Position numbers and translations under genes: made by a program. A stretch of DNA of 57,889 nucleotides, the filler included, from Piptocephalis cylindrospora (Eukaryota): the NCBI GenBank assembly GCA_003614145.1. It is 2 parts of 2 records of this genome, joined end to end, with 100 filler letters (N's around TTAATTAATTAA, not from the genome) between each part and the next. Parts side by side here need not be neighbours in the genome. Positions count along the whole stretch, not along the records: positions 29,248 to 57,889 come from KZ987759.1; 1 more part is not named here. The stretch is one strand, 5' to 3'. This document shows positions 37,058 to 49,760 of this stretch, one piece after another. The notes beneath the pieces were generated by a model. The model searched no databases. It was not told the origin of the DNA and saw nothing but the letters and a program-made list of their open reading frames with translations. The first letter of the stretch is position 1, and the number at the start of each line of letters is the position of its first letter.

Positions 37058-38520
37058 TGTCGAGAGTGAGCTTGTCTCTCTCTCTCCCCATCACCACACC
37101 TCGCCCCGTTCAATTCATCATATATTGATCAATGAAGGCCTGCTCCGATATAGTCTACCATTAGCATCACAAACGGAGCCAATTATGAGAAGTTGTCCTA
37201 GCGTAACAATAATAGCGTTGATCATCCATGAGCTTCAATAAAAACCTAGCCGGTGTGCCCCACGGCTACAAATTCGTGACCTACCTGATATTCCTTATCC
37301 CCGTCCCTGGCTCCAAATCTCACATGCCTCTCCTATTCTTACACACGCCACATCGATTTTATAATGATTGACGTGTAATGCCAAGAAAACCTTAAAATTG
37401 TATCCATCGTCATCATTTAACGTACCTACCTAGCCCCCCCATCATGAGTGCAGTCATTATTACTATCGAGGATGATTACTAGATAGCTAATGATACTCAA
37501 ATGACATCAATACTAGAGTGACACCAGAGCAACAGTGCACATTTCACCGGAATGGCAGTGTCTTGACTTCGGGAGAAAAAACGGGCCGAGTGACAAGGAT
37601 CGCAGAGCCAAGGTAGAGGGCAAGATTATGCAACGGTTGTGGAGGAATGAAGATTCAAGGAAACAGCGCCCACGAAGCCATATGTACACAAGAAGCAACG
37701 CGTATATGGAGTGAATTTAAACCCCAAAGCAAAAGCAAGTCTCATCTTTTCCATTTGAGCTAATTCTTAGCCATCACATTTGTTTATCATGAGAAGCGAA
37801 GAAGCAAGCGATCGTAGTTCCCCTGAAATATTTTCAAGGGAATAGAGAACCCTTCCCCTGAAGCCTTGGTCACTCTCCTCGGTTCCCCTTGAGCATTCCA
37901 TGTCCGCTCGCACGATGATTTTCATCCCCACACTCTATGCAATGGTGATAAGGCCACTTTGTCATATTACTAGTCATGGCACTCTCCATATCATTAATTA
38001 TGGGACAAGGGAATGAGGAAAGAGTGGCTTGGATAGTATGATAGGGCTCGTCATCCCAATTTGGATCATCAAGAATCAGGGGGCGACTGGTAAGGGGAAA
38101 TACACATGATAGAATACCACGAAGACAATGATGTATGCTCAGTAATATGGAGTCTGCTGTGGAGGCGTACCTGAAGATAGGACGCGATTCAAGGCCGTCG
38201 CAGATATAAAAGCGGCGTTTCATTCTCGGTCCTCTTGGGTGAAGTAGAGAACAAGTCATTGTCATTTCTATCATCTTCTTCCCTCTTTTATCTCACTTTC
38301 CCCAGACACTCGCTTCCAAATCCATTGATAGTAAGTAGAGGATAAATATACAATCAACAATGTAGTCTCCTCAATATCTTCATTATTGATCAGTCCCTAA
38401 AATAGCTCAACCTCTAATTCATCTATGTAAACTACCTTTAGGCATCATCAACTGTTCATTATACTCCTCCCAGCTTTCTCCACACTCCCCAACCTCTACT
38501 CATCTCTCTCATTAAAAGAA

Positions 38521-40440
38521 ATGATCAAGTCATCCTTATCGGCCATCCTCCTAATCACACTTTCCTCTTTAGGCGTGACCCAGGGCGGTAATCCACTCAT
38601 AGCATATCTAAATGGCGCTCTTCTCGGAGACTCCTCTTCAAAACCACGGGTCTCCTCGAGACCATGGGTCTTGGAAAATTTTGCCCACATTCCTTCCGTA
38701 TCACATGGCGCAGCAGGAGGAGTTGTTGTTGGGGATCACATTTCCCCTTATGGGACTAACTCGGGATACCGAGGCACTCTCGGAAAGGTGCGAAAATATG
38801 AGTTCGTTATCTCCGAGATTATTGCTGCCCCTGATGGATATTCTAGGGCTATCTATGCAATCAATGGACAATATCCTGGGCCTCCAATCGTCGTTAACAA
38901 GGGGGACAAGGCCATTATCCAGGTTACAAACGAACTTCCCGTCCCTACCAGTCTCCACGTCCATGGTATGTTCCAACGCGGGACCCCGTGGCATGACGGA
39001 GTGACTGGTGGCACCCAATGCCCCATACCGGTATATGAAACGTTCACTTACGAAATCGATACGAGTGAGCAGTTTGGCACGACCTGGTACCACTCCCACA
39101 CTTCTTCTCAGTACGCAGATGGCATCCTGGGCCCTTTCATTATCCAGAGCCCTGACGATCCCAATAAGGACCTTTATGATGAGGAGTTACTCGTCGTTCT
39201 GACCGATTGGTACCACGCCCCAGCCCACAAACTCCTCAAGATATATCTGACTCCAGAGAGTAATGGCAATTCACCAACCCCAGACTCAGCTCTAATCAAT
39301 GGGAAGAATCGATTCAACTGCTTCGCCCTTCAGGCTGAAGGGGTTGAAGGCTTTGACCAGTGTGACCCAGATGCACCAAGGGAGACATTTCACTTTGTCC
39401 CCGGCCGTCGCTATCGCATCCGTATCATCAATGCATCTAATGACAGCGCCTTTACATTTTCCATTGATGGCCATCGCCTCACGGTCATTGAGGCGGACAT
39501 GACCCCGATGAGGCCATACACGGTCGATCGTATCTCCGTTCACGTGGCACAGAGATATTCAGTGATCGTGGAAGCCAATGCGGCAGTGGATAATTACTGG
39601 ATGAGGGCGGAGCTTTCGGATAAGTGTATGTTTGTTCATAACAATCTGCTGGATCGTATGGTCCTTGCAGAAGTCCGGTACAAGGGATCAAGAAAGGGGG
39701 AGCCCACGTCCGAGCCGGTAGATCAAGTCAAGGAAACACAATGCGTAGACCTAGACTATCGGCATCTTTCCCCAGTTGAACCGCAAAAGGCAGAACCCGC
39801 GACCAAGCAGTATACCATGAACTTTTACTTTAATCCGGATGAAAATGGGATGAAGCGAGGATATGTCAATAACTCCACGTACATCATCGAACCCTACAAT
39901 CCGATTTTGAACGATATCTTTTTCGGCCAGAGAGACTTTCCAGACTCGGCCAACGTCATATTCTTGGAAAAAGATGAAGTGATTGAGCTTGTCCTCAATA
40001 ACTTCTGGGGCCGGGAGCACCCTTTCCATCTTCACGGGCATGATTTTCAGGTATTGTCCTGGAATACTTCCTCTCAATATGACCCGGTGCGCTCTCCCGA
40101 GATATACAGCATGGAAAACCCCCTTCGTCGGGATACTTCAACAATTCCTGCTCGAGGTTACAGTGTTATAAGGTAAGTGCCGATCCCTACCAGAGAATAA
40201 TGTGGAATAATTTAACCTGAAGGAAGCGATTGAATCAACAGACACTTATCGCACAGTCCCTTCTTCCTTAGATTCCGGTCCAATAATCCAGGCTTATGGG
40301 CCTTCCATTGCCACATCGATTGGCATATGGAGGATGGGCTATTGGTTAACTTTGTAGAGCAGCCTGATGCCGTGGAAATGATGCGTGCTCCCCAAGAGGT
40401 TATTGACCTTTGCGATGGCCCCCATGTACCCTTGATCTAA
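38521..40440 (+). CDS. Secreted multicopper oxidase (laccase-like) 1; intron 40173-40271
   Basis: Signal peptide; copper motifs HVHG, WYHSH, HPFHLHGH and HCHIDWH(MEDGL); TATA at ~38204 and a probable 5'-UTR intron at 38331-38441. Confidence 0.94.
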
Positions 40441-41893
40441 GGATTTTTGGTTTATCATTATGCGAATATATTTTATTCGGCAATCTGAATATTAATATAT
40501 GACAAATCGCTGAGCACGTGAGAGGCTTCAAGCCGAGAAATCCCTCAGATAAAGCATTTGAGATGAGGAGAATGTGCCCATCCTCACATAAAACTCCTTA
40601 GCAGACAAACACTTTTTCCTTATAGTATGTAAGTTGGATGTATAATCAATCATCGCACCACATCAGATACATTACCCTCTCCTGCTCTATTCTCCCGAGC
40701 CTTCTCCACGACTTTCCCTCTGAGCATGTGAGGTCATTTATGTGCAATTGGAGGATAAATGGACTGAATCTGACACAATGGGTAATCGAACATATCGATC
40801 AACGGAAAGACTAGGTACAAGGTCCAGTAAGAATGAGGTACGAAAGAATAAGAAGGCAGGATGATACCTTCTCCTCATCCCCATTCCCCTTTGCTGGTCC
40901 CACCAGTTGCCTGATTGGCTATCTCCCAGTCGGCCGATCATCAAGCGTACTTTCAAAGATCATCACGCTCATGCACACTCACTCATTGTCATTTTTCTCT
41001 TTCGGCTATCCTATTTTACCTCTATAAGGGATGGTGCTGAAATAGCATGATTGATGGAGAAACGGCTGGAAGACCAAGGAGATGTATTGTGGGATGCGTG
41101 ACGAAGTTAGGGATGAGGCGCTGAGAATTGAGGACAACCAGGAATCTTCACAATGTTATTGAGAAAGGGAGACGGAGAAAGTAGGGAGAGGACAGAGGTT
41201 AGGGCGATAATTCGGTGGGGGGGAGGTAAATATACTGGTAGTGTCACCTTACCAATACTTGAACCTTCAAGTACCCCAAAGTCTACTACATATTTAAGGT
41301 TTCCCAAAAAACCTAAAGTATCTGGGACATTTAGTTTGCTATACGTGGTATAGCCGATATATCTATATGATCCAAAGCAATCACCCAATTCCTATATCGT
41401 TCCTTTTCAAGGCAATAGTTCCGAGAATGCTAACATTGAACGCTTCTTTCCCGCTGACATATGCTGAGAGCAAGCTCTAAAGTAATCGAGGATTAATGCA
41501 TCTGATCTATATATCCAATCCTCTTACATCCTGAACATCTCTGGAAGATCCAATTCTAGAAACGATACCATTGGCTTATTGGCTTTTATGATCGCGATTA
41601 TGGGGAAGCTCAGACGAATGATCAAGATTATACTTTTCGTGAACTTGATATGAAGTAAATTGGGTCTGTGTATATATTTCACTGAATGGGATCGAGTATT
41701 TCCTCGCACCCATGCAACCCAAGAAATCCTCTTTACAAGGAAATCCCAAATGATGCTATTTCCTCGCTTTCCCTGCAAATTGGTCAATTTTACGTTGAGA
41801 CGATCACGAAATATGATTGGCATAAATCCCAGAAAAGGATGAGCGCCTGGGATATTTGCCGTTAAAATAAGAAAGGAGTCGAATAACAGTAAT

Positions 41894-42673
41894 TTAGGAG
41901 GATGAGCCAGTACCGTCAGCGGAAGAACCAGTGCTATCGGAAGGACTGCCAGGAGTGGAAGAACCAGTACCATCAGCGGATGAGCCAGTACTATCGGAAG
42001 GACTGCCAGGGGATGAACCAGTACCATCAGCGGATGAGCCAGTACTATCGGAAGGACTGCCAGGAGTGGAAGAACCAGTACCATCAGTGGATGAACCAGT
42101 GCTATCGGAAGAACTGCTAGGAGTGGAAGTATCAAGGGCAGGGCTGCCACTATTGCCGCCCCCAACGGCGTCGTCGTGACCGGATCCTCCAGAGGAGGCG
42201 GACGGGGAGCATGAGCAATTGTGACTTCCAGCCGTACCGGAGAGGTCATATGAGGAAGATTTGTCAAGAGCAGCCAGATTGCTTAGGTTTTTGGGGTCTG
42301 GTGAGGCACTAAGATCAGATTCCGGACCGCTGTTTTCACCACCACTGTTTGCAACATCATTACCGCCAGGGGGAGAACCAGTGCTATCGGAAGAACTTCC
42401 AGGAGAAGAACCAGTACCGTCAGCGGATGAGCCAGTACTATCGGAAGGACTGCCAGGAGTGGAAGAATCAGTACCATCAGCGGATGAGCCATTACCGCCA
42501 GTGGATGAATCAGTGTCACTAGGAGGGGTGCCAGGGGTAGAAGGGCTAGCAGGAACGGCGCTGCGGCGCTGTAATTGACTGATCATTCCGACTTCGCTTC
42601 CATAGGGAGCGGCAAGGACAATGGCAGAGGCGAAGAGAGCAACAATGCCAAAGGAGGAGATAAAGGAGCGCAT
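41894..42673 (-). CDS. Secreted Ser/Gly/Thr/Asp-rich tandem-repeat protein
   Basis: Signal peptide MRSFISSFGIVALFASAIVLA, LQRR kexin-type site, and two arrays of SSADGTGSS(T)PGSPSDSTG units around a CSCSP core. Confidence 0.85.
   Translation of the reverse strand: MRSFISSFGIVALFASAIVLAAPYGSEVGMISQLQRRSAVPASPSTPGTPPSDTDSSTGGNGSSADGTDSSTPGSPSDSTGSSADGTGSSPGSSSDSTGSPPGGNDVANSGGENSGPESDLSASPDPKNLSNLAALDKSSSYDLSGTAGSHNCSCSPSASSGGSGHDDAVGGGNSGSPALDTSTPSSSSDSTGSSTDGTGSSTPGSPSDSTGSSADGTGSSPGSPSDSTGSSADGTGSSTPGSPSDSTGSSADGTGSSS
41897..42125 (-). repeat. Coding 54/57-bp tandem repeat (second array at ~42375-42510)
   Basis: Repeated units such as ccagtaccatcagcggatgagccagtactatcggaaggactgccaggagtggaagaa. 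Confidence 0.9.
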
Positions 42674-45600
42674 GTTTGGAATGGGAGGAAGGGGGGAAAG
42701 GTAATCAGAGGGCCTGCCTAGGATACCAGAAAGGGAAGATCGAAAAGGAGAGGAGAGAGACTGGAAGATGGTTGGAGAGTTGAAGACGGACTGGTGCGAT
42801 GCAAGGAAGGGTGTGGAATGGGCTTTGGATGTGTGAATGGAACAATTGTGATAATACGATAGACGTCTCGACTTGACCTCTATTTATGCTTCTTGCAAAA
42901 TCTAGCCATTGCCTAATTCTTTGAGGGGAAAGTAGGACGATGATGAAACCGTGAGAGCACTGAGTGGTTACTGGAAGGAACGTGATGGAATTCTAGGAGG
43001 TGCGAATTTGAATAGCGTGTTGATGGGGGGGAAACTCCTGACGGCATCGAAGAGTGTATGCCAAGACCTGCTGTCCTTGGTCTTGGCATGGATACCAATA
43101 CACTCTATGACTGGCGTAATATAGCACATTTATCCCTCATATTCACACTATGAGTGTTTAAAAGTTGACGAGATCACTACCGAGTATCAACAGATGATTA
43201 TATGCCGTTTGCTCACTTTTCAGTTTCCCTATGCCTTGGCACCGATCTCCAAACGTGAACTCCGACCCGGGTAGCCATTGAGATCAGTAGGCAAGGGACC
43301 ATAAATGTGAGGTGCACCTTTAAGCGGAGTTGTGCACCGTGTGCATCTGGGCTCTGGAAGAGTGTCAAGTTGCCTTGGGCACCACCTTTACTGCATGGGG
43401 TATGATAAGCCTTGAGAATATGTACTTCCATCCTTCAGGCCCCATTGTCTTCACAGTGATATCCACTTTAGCATTACAAAATTTCTAATGAGAAATGCCC
43501 CATCATGAAAAGGGATCCAGAATGCCAAGCCTTTTGCCTTGAGGTGAATTAGAGGGGCACTGAGCGGCGATGGAAGCAATGATGGAGAACACCAATGAAG
43601 GCTCTTTGTAGCTCCCCAAGTCTATCGTAGAATATGAGAAAGTAATCCATCATCCTCCTCAAGAGCATCCAAAGGAGGATCCTCTAACTTCCTAGTCCCT
43701 TTGAATTCTTAAGCCTCCTCATTCGTTATCGAAAAAATCATTGTCCCATGAGGAAAAAGCACCCAAAAGGCTAAAGTCCTCCCTCATTCTCTTCCAATCT
43801 ACATAAATAATCGTTCATTATACCTTTTTTTCATTCTTTTTTGAAACCTCTCTACCTGTCATGTCATGTTGTATTTATCATTCTGTATGAACCCTGCCTT
43901 TGGGTATGAAGGCGTTTTCAATATGGACAATTATGCATGACGATGACAGGGTCAGGAGAGCCTGATTACAGGTATCCACATGTATTGCATGAAGGACTGG
44001 AAGTGACAACACGCGCACTCCCTTTTTCTCCTCTTTAAACCGCCCCATCCTCTGTAGCAGGTGTCCTAAATAACACACCCCCACACACTTCAAAATCTTT
44101 CTATTCAATGAATCGTGGATCAGCAGTAAGGTTTAAAACTCAGACAGCGGGATTGAATCAGTCTACGATTCACGCTACGACCTTGCTTAGACTCTCTCGC
44201 ATTTATGCAATCAAAGTATCGTCAATTTGCGAAACATGCAATCAAGCGTGATGACCTTGGCGAGATAAAGATACTCCATAAATCTCTTGGCATCTACACC
44301 AATGTATTATGTAATAATTGTAATGAATATTCATCTCCCACGAAGCATTTTGCTTGGGTTTCATTATCTCATCGTAGGAAATACAAATTGCCCAACTCAT
44401 TTGGATAAGATCTTCCAGGGCAGATGTGCTTGCCTGGATGGATAAGGCCTAATTGCACCATCACTCATCGCTTTTCGTCATGTTCGTGGACACTATTTAA
44501 GGCTTAAAGCTCTGCGGGGTATTTGCTCCTCAGGGTATAGAACCAGGTGAGCTAATGGTCTTTCTTCCCCCCTGGTGGGCATCGGCCCAAACAGGACATA
44601 TATGCGCTCGTATAACCCTGAAGCTCCTTTTGTTAAAACGCATGTGCGAAATGGTACAGGAAGTCATGCCACTTTCAGATCCGACCTACCCGACACATTG
44701 AATATACCAATACATAAAGAAGGCATCATATATTAACCTTGGTTATTTGATACCCTCGACCAGGAGAAACCTCACCTTTTTCTTCGTATGCGTGTAATTA
44801 GGTTATATTTTACTAATGGACCTTTCATCCACTTAACTTGATGATGGCTCACCGATTATTGAGTTCTTTTTTGAACAGCAAAAACTAAACCATCTCGCGA
44901 GACACTTTCATTTCTCTGCTGTAAGCGCGATAGCCTTGCCCACTCGCCTTCTAAACATTTAGCTGATAATAATGAAGGACGTTAAAGGGCAGCTAAGTAC
45001 GAGAAATAGAATAATGCTGATAAACAGAAAAAATGTATTGAGAAAGATTAAAATTATTTACCTCCTAAATACAATCACAATTTAAAACCAAAGGTAAGTG
45101 ATTCTTTATAGGCCTCTTCATTCCCTTACTCCCTTCAATGAATCTATTGAATTTTCTTCCATTTTTCCTCTGATATTTCCAGTGCTCCTCTTTCAAGAGC
45201 CATTTTCTTATTAGTTCTCATCAACGTTCATAATCATCCCTACTTCCGATTTGATCTGGATGCCTTGTCAGATTAACCTGGCATAGGCATTCATGGCAGA
45301 GCACTTTATCATTCCTCATCCAGCCTTAGATGGGTGTCTTGTTTGGAAAACAAAGACTAGAAATGTACTATATACATGATCCTGTAAAGTACAATCGATA
45401 GGCATTCAGGGTAAAATGAGTAAAATTGCCGTTGGCACATGAATCATCCGACATTTTGAAAATTTTCGATTAGGAGCGAGTCTCACTAAGGGAAAGGATG
45501 ACCGATGGGTTGCAGATTCAATTCCTGCGGTTTTTCAACGATACTTGTCTCCAAGTATTTCCCTACATCCCTTTGACTTCCATCCTTGGACCTTTCTTCT

Positions 45601-47786
45601 CCCGGCTCCTCAAGATACTGGCGCTCTCTATGGGCCTTTTTTCCCTGACTCTGACCTCCTCCTCGGTGTGTGTTTGTGATATGGTCCACGCTGTGGATTC
45701 CCCAAAAATGGGGTGATTCCGGTGGGCCACTGTGCCAGATTGCAATACATTATATACCTCTTTCGACTAAGGGAAAATAAGCGGGCGGAGATTTTGCCTA
45801 CTCACAATGGGGGGTTTCGTTTTGCCCTAGTAAAATGAGTAAATATATGAGGTTTCAAACAAAATAAACGGGTAGAGATCCAAGATCGTTAGGTTTTGAA
45901 TCTAGTGAGAGAGAAGAGGCATTTTTATTGTATTGAATATTTTTTAAACATGCACCTTACATCACGCAAATTGTCGTGGTTGACTTGAAAAACCTTTTTA
46001 TTTTATCCATTTTGACGAACAAAACAGCACATCAGGCGCAAATAGCCGTAGTTAGGCTTTGAACCTAATTTCCTGGTCATTGGATGTATATTTTGGTGTA
46101 TTTATCGAGATGTTCTACGGATTGTGTCAAGCTCATCCAAGACGACAATCAGGCCAGATTTAAAGTACAAATTACGACTGTTGCTTAAGATACTGATGAG
46201 GGCCAAAAGAAGCACGGCCATTAAAAGGGGAACGATGGAGAAATGGGAGAAGTGGGGGATATTACAGGAGAAGGTAGGAGGGGTCGGAAGATTCATGGAA
46301 GAAGCAGTGATATCGTGAGGAAAGGTTCTGAGCTTTTTTGAAACGAATTTGTGAAGACTTTAAGAAAAAGGGAGGATTGTGATCTTCTTCTCCCAATACA
46401 TTTCACTGTTTACTACTACTGCTACTGCCAACACGTTTTTGCTGTTTACTACGAAAATGGATCGATTTCACCATCATATTCTACGTCAATTGCGCGGTTT
46501 TTAGGCTTCTCTATTTTACAATGCATACGTGTGAGTATTGCCAGTCACTGAGTATGACTCCAAGCCTATTGAAGATTTTCACCTTGTCTATTCGTGAAGA
46601 AACACTCTAAATTGGGAACAGTGCTAAGGCTGCATGTGTCATTGTAGGTCATTTGTGTCGTGTATTTTCTATGCCATTCTTTTAAGTCTGAAAGTAAATA
46701 ACTCGTTGGTTCCTCCCATAATGGTCAGCTCAGCATGTGTATCTATCCAGGAAAAGCGCGCATTTGGTTATTTTCAGACGTCCCATAACAGCGCGGGACC
46801 TTGGACGGCAATCTCGGCCAGAGGGAGGAAAGAGCTCTGTGAGTATTGTGGCACGCCCCTGTCCCTCCTCCTTGCGCAATGGTCCATGCGGATCAGTCCA
46901 GTAAAAACCTTAGAGTGAGTATAGGGAAAGGGAGGAGAGTGGGGAAGGAAAGAAGGGCAAGATCAACGGAAAAACAAAGATTCCTCCTACATCCAAGTTT
47001 AGACGCGCCTGCACTGTTTAAGATCATCTCACTTGGTGGTGACACGTCTCCAGCTGACACTCCGACCTCCCCATACTCAGAACCAAACATTGATCTCCGA
47101 AAGTCAAGGCATTCTCCAATTGCACCTGTCCCTCCACAGTGGGTGTAAGGGGGGGAAGAGGGGGGCGGGAGCGCTGGAATCATCGTAAAGCGATGGTATG
47201 TCCCTGCAAGTGATCCCACCTAACATCAAATCCCTCACCAATGGTCCAATAACCCCCTTGCGCTTCAGAGTCCCTGCCCCCATTGAAGTGGTGGAAAGGA
47301 TGTGCCATGAGAGGGATAATTGACGCGCTTGATGGTTAGTCCTCTTTTCTATCAGTGTATCGTACCTCGTGATGGGCTATGTGGGGTGGTTTTGGCCTGA
47401 GGCGGTCAATCGACCTTCCCCTGTACTCCGCTGATCGCTTCAAAGAACGAATGGTGCCCAGGTAAAAATAGCCAGGGCGGGGCAAGGTCATTTTCCCTCT
47501 CTGTATATTGCGGTATTTTTGGTTGGTAGCAATCTTCTGCTAAGGGCCCTGACTAAGTGAAAGGTATAAAAAGGGAATAAATGCTCTAGCTTCCTTTTAT
47601 CCATCCTCTGCCTGCTTTCTCTCCAGTCCCTCCGTACCCTCTCTCTCATTCTCCCTTCTTGTCGTTCATCTGCATCCATTCATTAATATTTTCTTCCTCA
47701 TTAATAGGATTATATAAGGACTTGCCTTGTCCCCCTTCCCCTTTCTTCACTTTGCCGTGGTATTGCATTGCTTCACGCGATCCACC

Positions 47787-49760
47787 ATGCACTTCGCACC
47801 ATCCCTCTCTTTTGCCGCCCTTGTCCTAGCGGCTTCCCTGCCCTCGGTCTATGCAGTTGCTCCCTCGACCTACTCCTCCTCCCCTGCTCCCGATATGGAT
47901 AGCAATGAGGGTGATGCAGGGAACCATGAAGCATCCGATCCAAAGAGACCTTGGGCCATGGACAACTATTGCGAGCTTCCCCCTGGTTACGGAGGAGGAG
48001 TAGAGGCTGGGGACAATCCTGCCCCTACCTTTGCCCCAGGTGATGATTATCCTGGTGAGGGAGGCTATTATCCCGATGAAGGAGGGTATTATCCGGGTGG
48101 AGGAGGACATGGGGGAGGCAATGGTGGTCACGGAGGGAACGGTGGATACCCAGGCCACGGAGGGAACGGTGGATACCCAGGTCACGGAGGCGGAAAGGTA
48201 CGCAAGTATAACTTTGTCATTTCCGAATTCCCCGCCTCCCCCGATGGGTACTCCCGTAATATCTTCGGGGTCAATGGTCAGTATCCCGGTCCACCGATCA
48301 TCGTTAACAAGGGGGATAAGGCTGTGATTAACGTCAAGAACCGTCTGAATATCCCAACGAGTATTCACGCTCATGGGATGCACCAGCGTGGGACCCCATG
48401 GTTTGATGGGGTGACTGGGGGTACCCAATGCCCAATTCAAGCATCCAAGAGCTTTACTTACGAGATCGACACGGCATATCAGTCTGGTACCACCTGGTAT
48501 CATTCCCACACCTCCTCCCAGTATGTGGATGGGATGCTTGGGCCCTTGATCATCCGAGATCCCCAGGATCCCAACAGACATCTGTATGACGAGGAGCTGG
48601 TGGTTGTCTTGACCGACTGGTACCACACACCATCGGCTACACTGTTGAAGAAGCTCATGTCTCCTGAGAGCAATGGAAACACCCCAACCCCGGATTCGGG
48701 TTTGATCAACGGAAAGGGTCGGTTCAACTGCTCAGTCCTCCACACGACCAATGTGACTACACCTGTAGATGGTGCGTGTAACGGGAAGGCTCCTCGGGAG
48801 ACCTTTCGGTTTGTGCCTGGTCGTCGGTATCGTATCCGTGTGATCAATGCCTCTGCTGCCACCAACTTCCACTTCTCCATTGATGGGCATAAGATGAAGG
48901 TAATCGAGACTGATATGATCCCTGTGGAGCCTCACACCATCGACCGCTTGTCCCTTCATGTTGCCCAAAGGTATTCAGTGGTGGTGGAAGCCAATGCTAA
49001 GGTCGACAACTACTGGATGCGCGCGGAAATGGCCACGTCCTGCTACCGTGTCAGCAATCCTTTGCTGGATCCCATGGTCCTTGCCGAGGTCCGATATGCC
49101 GGGTCAGCTTCAGGAGAACCCGCTTCTCTCTCCGCGACCCATCCAAGCGTCAATGGAGAGTGTGTGGATCTAGACTTTCGTTCCCTGTCCCCAATCGTCC
49201 CCCAAGAGGCCAAGCCAGCCACCAAGCAGATCATCTTTGACATGATTTTTAACCCAGATGATCAAGGGATCACCCGAGCTTACCTCAACAACATTACCTA
49301 CGATATCCATCCCTACAGCCCTATCCTTCAAGGAGCCCTTGCGGGCCAAACTATCTTTCCCCGGGGTGAGAATACGTACTTGCTTGAGAAAGATGAGGAA
49401 GTGGAACTGGTGATCAACAATCCCCTTCCAGGCGCCCATCCCTTCCATCTCCATGGACATGACTTCCAGGTCCTGTCCTGGGACAACGCCACGCAATATG
49501 ATCCCGTGGAATCACCCAAGCACTATAACCTCAAGAACCCCATCCGCAGGGACACTTCCACCGTTCCTGGTCGTGGCTATACTGTGCTGAGGTTCCGAGC
49601 GGACAATCCGGGAGTCTGGGCCTTCCATTGCCACTTGGAGTGGCATGTCCAACAGGGCCTTGTGGCAAACTTTGTGGAGCAGCCCAAGGCTGTCACCGCC
49701 CTAATGGCCCCTTTGTCAGCCCAGGCACTATGTAACGGTCCTCATGTCCCCATTCCCTAG
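47787..49760 (+). CDS. Secreted multicopper oxidase (laccase-like) 2, intronless, with a Gly/Tyr/His-rich N-terminal extension
   Basis: Signal peptide MHFAPSLSFAALVLAASLPSVYA; HAHG, WYHSH, HPFHLHGH and HCHLEWH(VQQGL); collinear with oxidase 1; TATAAAA at ~47565. Confidence 0.95.
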   Translation: MHFAPSLSFAALVLAASLPSVYAVAPSTYSSSPAPDMDSNEGDAGNHEASDPKRPWAMDNYCELPPGYGGGVEAGDNPAPTFAPGDDYPGEGGYYPDEGGYYPGGGGHGGGNGGHGGNGGYPGHGGNGGYPGHGGGKVRKYNFVISEFPASPDGYSRNIFGVNGQYPGPPIIVNKGDKAVINVKNRLNIPTSIHAHGMHQRGTPWFDGVTGGTQCPIQASKSFTYEIDTAYQSGTTWYHSHTSSQYVDGMLGPLIIRDPQDPNRHLYDEELVVVLTDWYHTPSATLLKKLMSPESNGNTPTPDSGLINGKGRFNCSVLHTTNVTTPVDGACNGKAPRETFRFVPGRRYRIRVINASAATNFHFSIDGHKMKVIETDMIPVEPHTIDRLSLHVAQRYSVVVEANAKVDNYWMRAEMATSCYRVSNPLLDPMVLAEVRYAGSASGEPASLSATHPSVNGECVDLDFRSLSPIVPQEAKPATKQIIFDMIFNPDDQGITRAYLNNITYDIHPYSPILQGALAGQTIFPRGENTYLLEKDEEVELVINNPLPGAHPFHLHGHDFQVLSWDNATQYDPVESPKHYNLKNPIRRDTSTVPGRGYTVLRFRADNPGVWAFHCHLEWHVQQGLVANFVEQPKAVTALMAPLSAQALCNGPHVPIP

